This document shows, piece after piece, positions 39,159 to 48,035 of a stretch of 64,000 bases of DNA (positions are counted from its first letter, which is position 1; each line of letters starts with the position of its first letter). The notes under the pieces are model-generated. The model saw nothing but the letters and a program-made list of their open reading frames with translations, was not told the DNA's origin and searched no databases. The translations under genes and the position numbers were made by a program. The stretch is taken from positions 89,448 to 153,447 of IMG/VR virus record IMGVR_UViG_3300020037_009644; one strand, written 5' to 3'. The stretch is from a virus. Lineage: Duplodnaviria > Caudoviricetes.

Positions 39159-42100
39159 TTATGGAGATGAGGTGGCTTTGTAGAATTCTTTGGCTGCTTT
39201 GTTGTATTTATCCATCGAGATGAGCTGAAGATTTTTGAAGAAAGTTTGAATATGATTAACCGTCTCTTCTATTTGATTGAGGAGGTTTTCTTTTTCTTTT
39301 TGATCGCTAATCTTGAAATGTTTTTCAAGATCTTCTCCTGCCACCTCTTTGACATCTAAACACTTGGAGATCAAAAGAGTTCTAAATTCTTGTGGGTATG
39401 ATTTGGTTATTCTGTTGAAAGAAGATATCTTATCTTCTAAATTTGGATAAAACTCAATGTCATTTTCTAAATAAGAAAGATTTTCTCCGAGATTTTTGGG
39501 ACCTTGAGTTAAAATTGGCAAATGTTGATTGCTATCCTGATTTTTAAATGGATAACCGTAATTTACTTCAAGATTTTTCTTGCCAATGAACTGTTGAATA
39601 TGCTGGAGCTCGTGTCTTGCGGTATCTTTAAAAGAGCTTACCATACCCAGAAACTTTGATCGACTTTCAGTTCCTTCTAGGATGTTTTTCGGAGAAATTG
39701 AAAAACTAATTGTCAACCCTCCATCGGTGAATTGTTGGGCTAATCCTCCCCAATCTCCTCCGTAGATATCTTCTTGACCCTTACGAGTTGTCACAATTTG
39801 ACAAAATATCTCTTCTAGAATTTGTTTTTTAGATTGAAACTCAGGACCAAAGTCTTGATTTTGAAGATAGATTATTTTTTCAAGCTGAGGCTCTTCGGAG
39901 ATTAGCTTTTGACACTCCTGGGCAATTTCTGAAAATTCCAGAAGATTACGATGAGATAATCCTGTTTTCTTTAAGAATCTCTGAATGACATCGAGATGAT
40001 GGTTGAGATAGGAATAAATTTGAAGATAGGCTTCCATCTCGGTAACAATTCGAGAGGTGCTCGATTTATATCCCAAGGTCAATTCAAAATTCTTGGTTTC
40101 TTCGATTGGGTTAAGATAAATGTAATTCTCGTCGATGATTTGAAGATCTAAAGTTTTCTCTAAGGTTCGGCTAGAAAATGATCCATCCTCCATTTGAATC
40201 ATAGAAAATTCGAAAGATCCTTCCGTTTTTGCCTTCTCTATAATAGCAATTGCCTGTTTGTTAATGACAAGTTGAAAATCGGGAGACGAAGCAATATATT
40301 GAAAAATTTCCGAATCTTCGGGGTTGCTAGCTTGAGAAATAAGAGATTCAAGGACTTTGCTGGAATAATAAGAAATAAGCCAGGAAGAAACCTGCTTAAA
40401 AGCTTTTTCTGAGACGGGGATGCTTCTGGCAATTTTTTGAAGCAAAGATAAGTTGTTATTTGAAGCAGCTTTTTCTTCAGAAAATAAATGAGAAACTCCT
40501 TTATAGAACTCGCGGACGGCTTTGTGGTATTTAATTTTGTTGGAATCAGCATCAAGTTGATAGAGATTTCTAAATAACGACTGAAATGTTTTAACTATGT
40601 TGTTAAGATATGCGGTAAGTTTGTCCAAATAAAATATTTGATCATCGGATAATGAATCTTCGGGATCGCGAAGCAAATCTGTCCATTTAATTTTGGAATC
40701 GAAGTTTACTATGTTTTTTACCAAAAGCAAAATTTGTCGTGGTGATAAATTGTCAGACGAGACTCTCTCAATAAAAGCAGAGATATGATCGGCAAGATTT
40801 GGATAGAACTCAAAATCAGTTAACTGATGAGAGATTTCATCTAAATATGGCATTCCCGGTGACGTTTTTTCATCATCACCAATTTCATTACCAATCTCTT
40901 CATCTTTTTCATTTAAGAAATTGACAACGGTATTTTCTTCGCTAGAAACGATGGGGGAATAAAAATAATCAACATTGCTTTCTTGATAATCTTTCTTTTT
41001 TTTCTTAATTGGAAGTCCACGGACATAATCATTATCTTCTCCTAAAAATGACTTAAGCATGCTTTGCATGGCGTGTTGAAGCTCATGACGCATTGTTCTT
41101 TCTATTTCATTTAGATTTGCAATAAAAGACTTATATGAAGAAACGCCTGCAACAATGACCTTATTAGCTATATTGATGATTACAGTTTTTGAATCTTCGT
41201 TCCATTGTCCCCACGGATCACTGTCACTTGTGTTCATCCTAATTTTTACATTGATGGTATCTTTGAAATTTGGATTAATTTTGGTTATATATGGAAACTG
41301 ATCGATCTCGAAAGATTTGAAAAATGATGTTGAATCTGATCGAATTAAAGAAGAGGCTTTGTCGAAGATTTGACCTTGAGAGAAAGATAATAACCCATTG
41401 TTGATACTTTGAGTCTCTTTAAGAATTTTGACAATTGTTGTTGAAAAAACACCAATGGTCCAAGATGTTACTTCATCAAGAAGATTTTCTGGAACTTTCA
41501 AGATTCCAGCAATTTTTTGGAGAGAATCCAATCTTTCATCTGACTCTTTGTCAAAAGAAGATTTATATTTTCCTGTCAAAATCAGCATTGGGATTTTGAC
41601 TCCCAAACCATAGGCAAGATTGGCTCTTCCACGTCCGTCGCAAACTCCGCTCGAATTTGGTGTTTCAATAATGATGATAGTTGGGATATTGTCTTTAATT
41701 TCCCAAGCTCGTTCTGCCCATTTTTTTCCTCGAAAAGAAAATAACTCCTCGATGAATTCATCTTTGGAAAGGTTGGCTAAAGAATTTGGTTTAAAATTGT
41801 CGTATAGCCAAGAAGATAGATCGTCGTAATTACCGATGAACTCGGCATTTTTTTTCAAGAGCATTGATGAAAATTGATATTTGTCAGAATCATCAACGTC
41901 AGAAAAATGATCTTCGGCATCCCTAGCATCTTGAGAAGAAATAACTCCTCGGTCGACATATCTTTTCAAAATTTTTTTAAGATCATCTCCGTACGTTAGG
42001 CTTGCCTTGGAAGAGAGAAGTTCTTTCTTTTTTTCATCGTATTCCTTGCCTTCGACGTCGTGGTGATCGAGAACCTGATCGATGTAGTCCTCGGCTTCCT

Positions 42101-42473
42101 CCTCTCCTTCGTTTTCTTTAATGTACTCGGTTTGAGCTTGGAACCCTTCTATTTCAAATTCATTGTTTAGATAGTCCTCGTCGTCGGCTGACCCCTTGGT
42201 TGGTTTAGATCCCGTGGTTTGTTGTAAAACGTGAACTAATTCATGAGAAAGATAATGACCGATCTCCTCGGGAGTCGATCGGAGACGAGAGTTTAACGCG
42301 ATGATGGCGTGTTGGGTTCTTGCGGAAACCGGCAAGCCATCGGAAAAATAAACTGGAGTTTCGTCAATTTCATCAATCGAGACGCCGTATTCCTGGTATT
42401 TTTTAATTACCGCGTCTGATTTTTTAACCTCTTCCTTGATCGATTGAATTAGCTTAATATCATCGGAGTTCAT
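39159..42473 (-). CDS. Multidomain protein with three HExxH zinc-metallopeptidase-like modules (1104 aa)
   Basis: HELVH, HELQH, HELQH, each followed by a distal Glu motif (EFEIEG, FEFYPNL, IEFYPNL). Confidence 0.65.
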   Translation of the reverse strand: MNSDDIKLIQSIKEEVKKSDAVIKKYQEYGVSIDEIDETPVYFSDGLPVSARTQHAIIALNSRLRSTPEEIGHYLSHELVHVLQQTTGSKPTKGSADDEDYLNNEFEIEGFQAQTEYIKENEGEEEAEDYIDQVLDHHDVEGKEYDEKKKELLSSKASLTYGDDLKKILKRYVDRGVISSQDARDAEDHFSDVDDSDKYQFSSMLLKKNAEFIGNYDDLSSWLYDNFKPNSLANLSKDEFIEELFSFRGKKWAERAWEIKDNIPTIIIIETPNSSGVCDGRGRANLAYGLGVKIPMLILTGKYKSSFDKESDERLDSLQKIAGILKVPENLLDEVTSWTIGVFSTTIVKILKETQSINNGLLSFSQGQIFDKASSLIRSDSTSFFKSFEIDQFPYITKINPNFKDTINVKIRMNTSDSDPWGQWNEDSKTVIINIANKVIVAGVSSYKSFIANLNEIERTMRHELQHAMQSMLKSFLGEDNDYVRGLPIKKKKKDYQESNVDYFYSPIVSSEENTVVNFLNEKDEEIGNEIGDDEKTSPGMPYLDEISHQLTDFEFYPNLADHISAFIERVSSDNLSPRQILLLVKNIVNFDSKIKWTDLLRDPEDSLSDDQIFYLDKLTAYLNNIVKTFQSLFRNLYQLDADSNKIKYHKAVREFYKGVSHLFSEEKAASNNNLSLLQKIARSIPVSEKAFKQVSSWLISYYSSKVLESLISQASNPEDSEIFQYIASSPDFQLVINKQAIAIIEKAKTEGSFEFSMIQMEDGSFSSRTLEKTLDLQIIDENYIYLNPIEETKNFELTLGYKSSTSRIVTEMEAYLQIYSYLNHHLDVIQRFLKKTGLSHRNLLEFSEIAQECQKLISEEPQLEKIIYLQNQDFGPEFQSKKQILEEIFCQIVTTRKGQEDIYGGDWGGLAQQFTDGGLTISFSISPKNILEGTESRSKFLGMVSSFKDTARHELQHIQQFIGKKNLEVNYGYPFKNQDSNQHLPILTQGPKNLGENLSYLENDIEFYPNLEDKISSFNRITKSYPQEFRTLLISKCLDVKEVAGEDLEKHFKISDQKEKENLLNQIEETVNHIQTFFKNLQLISMDKYNKAAKEFYKATSSP

Positions 42474-42492
42474 GGTAGAATACCGGAATATT
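42474..42492 (-). promoter_or_regulatory. Candidate phage late-promoter motif NATAW-N5-YAT-N6-(start); other copies at 45613-45631, 43095-43113, 39145-39163, 29813-29831, 9974-9992
   Basis: Same motif at the same spacing before several start codons. Confidence 0.55.
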
Positions 42493-42494
42493 TA

Positions 42495-43094
42495 TCAATC
42501 TTCGGGATGGAAGCAATAACTTAGGCAGGGTGGGTTAATTTGATGACGATTGGAAATTTGGAGAATTGTCCGTTGATCGATACACTCGAATTTAACGAAA
42601 TCATATCCAGGAAACATTAAGCCGTCGACGTCGTGCTCCGCCCCAAGAAGATGACCGATTTCGTGACGAACGATTCCTCGAAAAGAGCTTTCTGAATAGC
42701 GACCATCGATGGCGTAGAGATAGTTTCCGGAGAGATCATTGGTAAAAGCAAGGGTAGACGCCGACGGGATAAGATAGGAATTCTCATTGATCTTAAGAAA
42801 TAACCAACCGCTTCGTGAGATGGTTTCGATGATTTGATCGGGATCCATGTCGAAATTCTCGGAAACGATTTTTAATTTGATGTTGCCGTTAAGGGCAAGG
42901 TTCCACTCTGCGACGGCTGATTGGATTTCGAATTTTTCCCAGCCGAAGAAATTTTGATCGACCCGGATGGGGATGGTGTGCTCGAAGCGATCGGAGGAGC
43001 AGTCTTGGGCTGAGGTATATTGAGGTGGAATTTGAGATGGACAGCCAACGGTGAAGAGAAAAATGAGGGAGAGGACGAGAAGGAGGCGACGCAT
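42495..43094 (-). CDS. Matrixin (M10, metzincin) metalloprotease, predicted lipoprotein (199 aa)
   Basis: HEIGHLLGAEH, Met-turn 'LMFPGY', 'AVAEWN'; signal peptide MRRLLLVLSLIFLFTVGC ending in a lipobox-like Cys. Confidence 0.85.
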   Translation of the reverse strand: MRRLLLVLSLIFLFTVGCPSQIPPQYTSAQDCSSDRFEHTIPIRVDQNFFGWEKFEIQSAVAEWNLALNGNIKLKIVSENFDMDPDQIIETISRSGWLFLKINENSYLIPSASTLAFTNDLSGNYLYAIDGRYSESSFRGIVRHEIGHLLGAEHDVDGLMFPGYDFVKFECIDQRTILQISNRHQINPPCLSYCFHPED

Positions 43095-43110
43095 GGTTAT
43101 ATACGCGGAT

Positions 43111-44745
43111 ATGGAAGATTTAGAAGAGCAAGAAAATAGTGAAGAGGGTGATCGATCCGACAGAGACGAGGTCGGGGAAGATGATACGCCATACCAGATT
43201 TACAAAGTAACTAATAAAATTAACGACAAGATTTACGTTGGATTGACTAAGCAGGGTTTGAAACAAAGGTTTACCGGACATTTTTCAAAAGCTAGACGCG
43301 TCGAAAAATCAAAAAGAAATTACTTTCAACATGCATTGATTAAATATGGCAAAGAAAATTTTTATATCGAAGAAATTGATACTTGTGTTGGATATAAAAA
43401 TGCCGGAGATTTAGAAACAAAATGGGTCGCTGAGTTAAAATCAAACTGTAAAGAAGTTGGATACAATAGTACCAGCGGAGGACAAAACTTTAAATGGACA
43501 CCCGAATCGATTCAAAAAATTAAAGATGGGATGCAGAGAAAATTCGATGAAAACCCAGGGTTGAAAGAGAAATTAATCGAAAATAATCGTCTTAAACTGA
43601 AAGAATATTACAAAACTCACGAAGCTATTGGAAAAGGAATTCCCCATACACTAAAAACTAGGCAGGAGCTTTCTCTGATTTTCAGAGAGAAAAGCAAAAC
43701 AACTCCAAGTCCATGGAAAGGCAAAAAACATTCTCCCGAAACAATTGAAAAAATGAAAGCTAATCGACCAAAGACGCTAACTAAATCTGCTAAATTGACA
43801 GTCGAACAGGTCGAAGAAGTTCAACGATTAGATTCTGAGGGCTATCCTATTGATGAAATTAAGAAAATATTCGCAATAGGAGATTCGATGTTGGTAAAAA
43901 TAAGAGAAGGAAGATATTTTGAACCTAGAAAAGAATATCCTGGACGACCCCATAAAAAGTATCAAAACTCTGAGGAAACGATAAAAATAATCAAAGATTG
44001 TAAAAATTCTGCTGAGGCGTCAAGAGCTTTAAATATTAGCTCCACCCTTTGGTGCTGGATTAGAAAAACTTACCCAGAGATAAAAACAAAATCAGACGAA
44101 ATTTTTGCGAAAAACAAAGTAGAAATAGTAGAAAAAGAAGAAATAGTTAAACTAACAAAAGAAGAGTTGAGAAAATTACAAAGCGAAAATGCAAAGGAAA
44201 GGTGTAAAAAAGACCCCAGTATTATTGAAAAAATGCAAGCCGGGTATGCTAAACGAGTTTTAGAACAAGGTCATCCATTGCTGGGTCGCCCACGCACAGA
44301 GGAAGTTAAACAAAAAATATCAAAAGCTCATTTTGCCTATACAAATGAAGAAATTTTAAATTGTATTGTCGAAAACAAATGTGTGACAACCAAACAGTGT
44401 GGAAAACATTTTGGTGTCGATCGAAGATATTGGTGCACAATTGTTAGAAAATACAATCTGCAAAAAGAAGCAAAAGAATTGATTGATGCCAATATTAGTA
44501 ATTTGATTGAAGAAAAATTCGATTTGAAAACAGTCAAAAACATAATTAAGAACAGCTCATCTGGCTCTGAAATCTGTAATGAGTTTGACATTGACTTTGA
44601 TATTTGGAAGTTGATTTTAAACAAATATGATCTAGAAAAAGAATATGATAAACAGGTGGTAAGAAATAAATGGAGTAAGAAAAAGGCTGATAAACTAGAT
44701 GATCTGGCGCGCGCGCAAATGCCTGAGTCTGGAATAAGCGGGTGA
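43111..44745 (+). CDS. GIY-YIG homing endonuclease with NUMOD3 motifs (start probably ATG 43111 or 43093)
   Basis: 'QIYKVTNKINDKIYVGLT...RFTGH...ALIKYG...E...GYN'; NUMOD3-like 'KGKKHSPETIEKMK', 'GRPRTEEVKQKISKA'; the only convincing plus-strand gene. Confidence 0.85.
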   Translation: MEDLEEQENSEEGDRSDRDEVGEDDTPYQIYKVTNKINDKIYVGLTKQGLKQRFTGHFSKARRVEKSKRNYFQHALIKYGKENFYIEEIDTCVGYKNAGDLETKWVAELKSNCKEVGYNSTSGGQNFKWTPESIQKIKDGMQRKFDENPGLKEKLIENNRLKLKEYYKTHEAIGKGIPHTLKTRQELSLIFREKSKTTPSPWKGKKHSPETIEKMKANRPKTLTKSAKLTVEQVEEVQRLDSEGYPIDEIKKIFAIGDSMLVKIREGRYFEPRKEYPGRPHKKYQNSEETIKIIKDCKNSAEASRALNISSTLWCWIRKTYPEIKTKSDEIFAKNKVEIVEKEEIVKLTKEELRKLQSENAKERCKKDPSIIEKMQAGYAKRVLEQGHPLLGRPRTEEVKQKISKAHFAYTNEEILNCIVENKCVTTKQCGKHFGVDRRYWCTIVRKYNLQKEAKELIDANISNLIEEKFDLKTVKNIIKNSSSGSEICNEFDIDFDIWKLILNKYDLEKEYDKQVVRNKWSKKKADKLDDLARAQMPESGISG

Positions 44746-45612
44746 TCGTCCGACGTTGCCATTCCACATAGACTGAATTCCAATTGGCGCTGGTTTCATA
44801 GACAATTTCGCATCTTTCACTCTTTCACGAATCTGTGTACCCCAGTAACTCGACTGCGTATTCAACATATCAGAAAGTGCCGGAGGAGTAAAAGCCACCC
44901 CGCTATCTGTCATATTCCATTCGCTTCCTCTTTCAATTAATGCTTGGCTTCCGAGCGCTGCCGCAAAGGCAATTTCCACAAACATGTCGTGGAACAAATT
45001 GATTATCGGAGTATCTTCAAAGGTGAAATATGTAAAGTGCGGCGTCGAATTGAAGTAGCTCAATGCGTTGCACAAGAACGTAATCAAAGTCGTTGGGTTA
45101 AAAATATCGCACTCTCGATAGATCGGGTTGCCGAATTGATCTTGACCGGCAACCATGCCAGAACTGCGAAGTCTTTCTTTCAAGCTCTTCAGAAGCTTGT
45201 TAATGTTGACAATTGCACACTGGGAATAATTGAATGGGATATCGTCGCCGAGGGCGTAGTACCCATCGACGTTGTTTCCCAGAGGCATTTGGGAAAGATT
45301 GATAATGAAGTTGCGGTCTTTGGTAATGACCTGCCCAGATGGAATGACCCCCCGCCAAACGTCGGAGTAAACACCGATTGCCGAACCGAGAGTCGTGGTA
45401 TAATCAAAACCAAAAACGCCGTCGCTCAAAGAATATACCCCAGACGATGTTGGTCCTAATATAACTAAACCATCAGGTTGTACAATGGTTACTGTTGGAA
45501 AACTTCCGCTCTGTAAAGATGTTAAATTTCCATTGAGATCGTAGAACTCCATTTTCAAAGAAACAGTTTCGGAAGGAGCTACAATTTCGCCGCGAGATCG
45601 CAAGGTTGCCAT
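44695..45612 (-). CDS. Neck/head-tail adaptor-like protein (305 aa)
   Basis: Ig-like N-terminus plus helical adaptor-like C-terminus ('FLCNALSYFNSTP', 'QALIERGSEWNMTDSGVAFTPP'); assignment rests largely on context. Confidence 0.55.
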   Translation of the reverse strand: MATLRSRGEIVAPSETVSLKMEFYDLNGNLTSLQSGSFPTVTIVQPDGLVILGPTSSGVYSLSDGVFGFDYTTTLGSAIGVYSDVWRGVIPSGQVITKDRNFIINLSQMPLGNNVDGYYALGDDIPFNYSQCAIVNINKLLKSLKERLRSSGMVAGQDQFGNPIYRECDIFNPTTLITFLCNALSYFNSTPHFTYFTFEDTPIINLFHDMFVEIAFAAALGSQALIERGSEWNMTDSGVAFTPPALSDMLNTQSSYWGTQIRERVKDAKLSMKPAPIGIQSMWNGNVGRSPAYSRLRHLRARQII

Positions 45613-45641
45613 GATTAAATGAGAAAATATGGCAACCTTGC
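45600..45641 (-). promoter_or_regulatory. 13-bp hairpin masking the start codon of the 305-aa gene
   Basis: GCAAGGTTGCCAT-N16-ATGGCAACCTTGC; on the minus strand the 3' arm begins at the ATG. Confidence 0.75.
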
Positions 45642-45650
45642 AAAATGGTA

Positions 45651-46112
45651 TTATTTTTTCTTGTTGATTTGCGTCTTTGGTGGACCAGCCGCCCCCTTGG
45701 ATTTTGAGAGATTGCTCAAATCTATTTGCTCGTCGACGTCTTCCTGAGCCAGCATTTGCTCGAAAAACTTGTTCTCGTCTTGCATATGTTGGACCTCGAC
45801 CTCCATCTTGAAAACTTCTTTGACCATCTCAAATCCGCCTTTATTGGGGACCTCCATCGGCAATTGGGAGACCGGCATAATCGGAGGTTGTCTTTTATAT
45901 GGACTTCCTCCAATTTTTAACCACTTTGATTTAGCTTTCAAATCTCCATTTTCGAGAGAAGCTTGAACCATCTCCTCGGAAATCGTCCCGTCACGAAGAA
46001 CGTTCATCGATTTCATCGCAGGGATTCGAACACCGTTGAGATCGTTAAGACCAAAATCCTTATTGGAAAGATTGTAGATCCAGATTTCTTTTTTCTCTGA
46101 ATATTTTTTCAT
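45651..46112 (-). CDS. Hypothetical protein (153 aa)
   Basis: ATGA-coupled to the cold-shock gene. Confidence 0.65.
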   Translation of the reverse strand: MKKYSEKKEIWIYNLSNKDFGLNDLNGVRIPAMKSMNVLRDGTISEEMVQASLENGDLKAKSKWLKIGGSPYKRQPPIMPVSQLPMEVPNKGGFEMVKEVFKMEVEVQHMQDENKFFEQMLAQEDVDEQIDLSNLSKSKGAAGPPKTQINKKK

Positions 46113-46384
46113 CCTGGAATTTGAATAACCTCGATGGCTTTGGGATCTCCGTCTCGGTTAGCTCCGACCTTAAATGAAACTTTGACCCCTTTGTTGATCG
46201 TTTTAAATCCCTGGCACTGGAGGTCGGAATAATGTACGAACATATCTTCCTGTTTGACTCCGTCCTTCTCCCAGGCGATGAATCCATAACTATTAAACCA
46301 AACGACTCGACCTTCGTAAATCGGGAGGTTGGATGTATCGACGGGCTCTTGCCCTTTGTCTTTGTTTGATGCTTTACTTGTCAT
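46109..46384 (-). CDS. Cold-shock domain protein (91 aa)
   Basis: 'GRVVWFNSYGFI' (RNP1), 'MFVHYSDL' (RNP2), 'GFKTI..G.KVSF', 'KAIEV'. Confidence 0.9.
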   Translation of the reverse strand: MTSKASNKDKGQEPVDTSNLPIYEGRVVWFNSYGFIAWEKDGVKQEDMFVHYSDLQCQGFKTINKGVKVSFKVGANRDGDPKAIEVIQIPG

Positions 46385-46401
46385 TGTTGGCTGATCTTTT
46401 C

Positions 46402-46722
46402 TTATGATAAAATGAGGGGTTGAGAATTGTCTTGATAGAGGAGATTTTCGGATTCTTTTTTGGAATCGGTTGCCGGAATTACCAACTTAGAATTAACAAC
46501 CAGACCACCGTAACAATCCAATGTTTTGTGAATTTCCACCGCTCCCATTGTTCCGATCGCCTCCCGTTCTTTGGGATTGGTGCATTTTAGAAGCATGGCG
46601 TCGTAACGATCCATGATTTGCTGAATCTCCATTCGGCAGCCGTACTGTTCCGAGAACTTCAGAATTCTTTTTCGAAATTCAGCTTCTGGTGTGATTTTGT
46701 TGTTAAGATTCATGGGGTTCAT
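46402..46722 (-). CDS. Hypothetical protein (106 aa)
   Basis: ATGA-coupled to the desulfurase gene. Confidence 0.6.
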   Translation of the reverse strand: MNPMNLNNKITPEAEFRKRILKFSEQYGCRMEIQQIMDRYDAMLLKCTNPKEREAIGTMGAVEIHKTLDCYGGLVVNSKLVIPATDSKKESENLLYQDNSQPLILS

Positions 46723-47810
46723 TTAGAAATTTTCTCCATAAGGTTAAGGATGAAGGTAGCATCGCGATCGTCATAATTTCCCCATTGAGAGACTCTCATG
46801 AAATCGGTATGCAGAAAGTTTTTATATTTGGGATCGAGGGCAGTTAAGGTGGGGGAAACTCCGGTTGCCATCGATCCGCAAGCCGATCCGAGACCGACGA
46901 AGACATTGTTCTCGGATAGTTCCATAAGATTGGTGACTGCTTTGTCGGGATGACAGAGAAAGGTTGCATGTGCCGAGCGATTGAATTCAGATCCAATGAT
47001 CTCGGCACCAAGAGAAGGAAGTCCGGCTTCGAAGATCTTTTGAAAAGATGCTGCTCGCTGAGCTCTTTCGGGGAGAGATTTAATCGCTTCGGCAAGAGCA
47101 AAAGATGATGCTCCGATCGATGCTACGGAAGGTGTTCCCGGACGGTCTTGGAAATAACGAGAGCCGGTTCCAAAAGGAATCCACAGTTTGGGGTCCCTAA
47201 TGTAAAGAATTCCAAGATCGAGCCCGCCAAATTTATGAGCTCCAAAGATCGCCATGTCGACATAAGATTCGGAAACGTTGACCGGAATCTTGCCAAGAGA
47301 CTGACTCATGTCGGAAAACAAGAAGTTGCATGAGGATCTTAAATATCTAACATTATTGATGATGCCCAGTTCGTTTTGAAGATGCGGGACGATTAGACAG
47401 TCCGATGGATTTAAATCTGCCGGATCAATGTTGAACTTGGTCGTAAATCTTTTTTCGGTCGTCTCCATTTTTGAAAATGGATCGCGCACGGCGTTGTGCT
47501 CCATCAGAGAACAAACAAAAGACCCGGAGAGATATTTTTCGGAAAGAATTTGAAAGGCATGCTCAGCTGCCGATGTACAGTTGTGCTCGAAGAAGATCTG
47601 ATTTGGGTTTTTTGCTCCGATCAGTTCGGCAATCTGAGCCCGTGATTCCTCGATAATTTGAGCAGCTTTGCGTGATGAGGCGGTGATTCCTGAAGGGTGT
47701 CCTAGATTTTGAGAATGAATGTTCCAAAATCTGCCAAGAGTCTCGGCGCTCGGAGGTTGATGGGCGAAACAGTCGAAATGATATGTTTTAGGTGGAGCTG
47801 TTGTCTTCAT
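46719..47810 (-). CDS. iscS: IscS/NifS-like cysteine desulfurase (start probably MKTTAPP, 363 aa)
   Basis: 'RAQIAELIGA', 'EHNAV', 'DMSQSLGKIPVNV', PLP-Lys 'GAHKFGG', 'RPGT', catalytic 'GSACGS'. Confidence 0.8.
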   Translation of the reverse strand: MKTTAPPKTYHFDCFAHQPPSAETLGRFWNIHSQNLGHPSGITASSRKAAQIIEESRAQIAELIGAKNPNQIFFEHNCTSAAEHAFQILSEKYLSGSFVCSLMEHNAVRDPFSKMETTEKRFTTKFNIDPADLNPSDCLIVPHLQNELGIINNVRYLRSSCNFLFSDMSQSLGKIPVNVSESYVDMAIFGAHKFGGLDLGILYIRDPKLWIPFGTGSRYFQDRPGTPSVASIGASSFALAEAIKSLPERAQRAASFQKIFEAGLPSLGAEIIGSEFNRSAHATFLCHPDKAVTNLMELSENNVFVGLGSACGSMATGVSPTLTALDPKYKNFLHTDFMRVSQWGNYDDRDATFILNLMEKISK

Positions 47811-48021
47811 TGTCTTGCCTTTTAGTAATCGTTTTGTGTTCTTCACACCTTGCTCCCGCAAAAGGCATAATTCCCATTGAGCGGAGTCGGTCATCTTTTT
47901 TTCGACATTCTAGACACGGTTTAATTATAGGTTTTTGAATTACAATACGTTCCTTTATCCTGATAACCTCACAAAGGTCGGGGTCGTAATATTGGGGATC
48001 TATAAAATTTGCATCGCGCAT
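47788..48021 (-). CDS. Small hypothetical protein with CxxC...CxxH (77 aa)
   Basis: Fills the gap between the 253-aa gene and the desulfurase; CLEC and CEEH. Confidence 0.5.
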   Translation of the reverse strand: MRDANFIDPQYYDPDLCEVIRIKERIVIQKPIIKPCLECRKKDDRLRSMGIMPFAGARCEEHKTITKRQDNEDNSST

Positions 48022-48035
48022 TATTTGTTTTATTT

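Noticed and set aside
46719-47894. DndA phosphorothioation system, and the longer 391-aa start
   Set aside because: No dndB-E or ssp genes in the window; the N-terminal extension overlaps the 77-aa ORF and precedes the homologous region.
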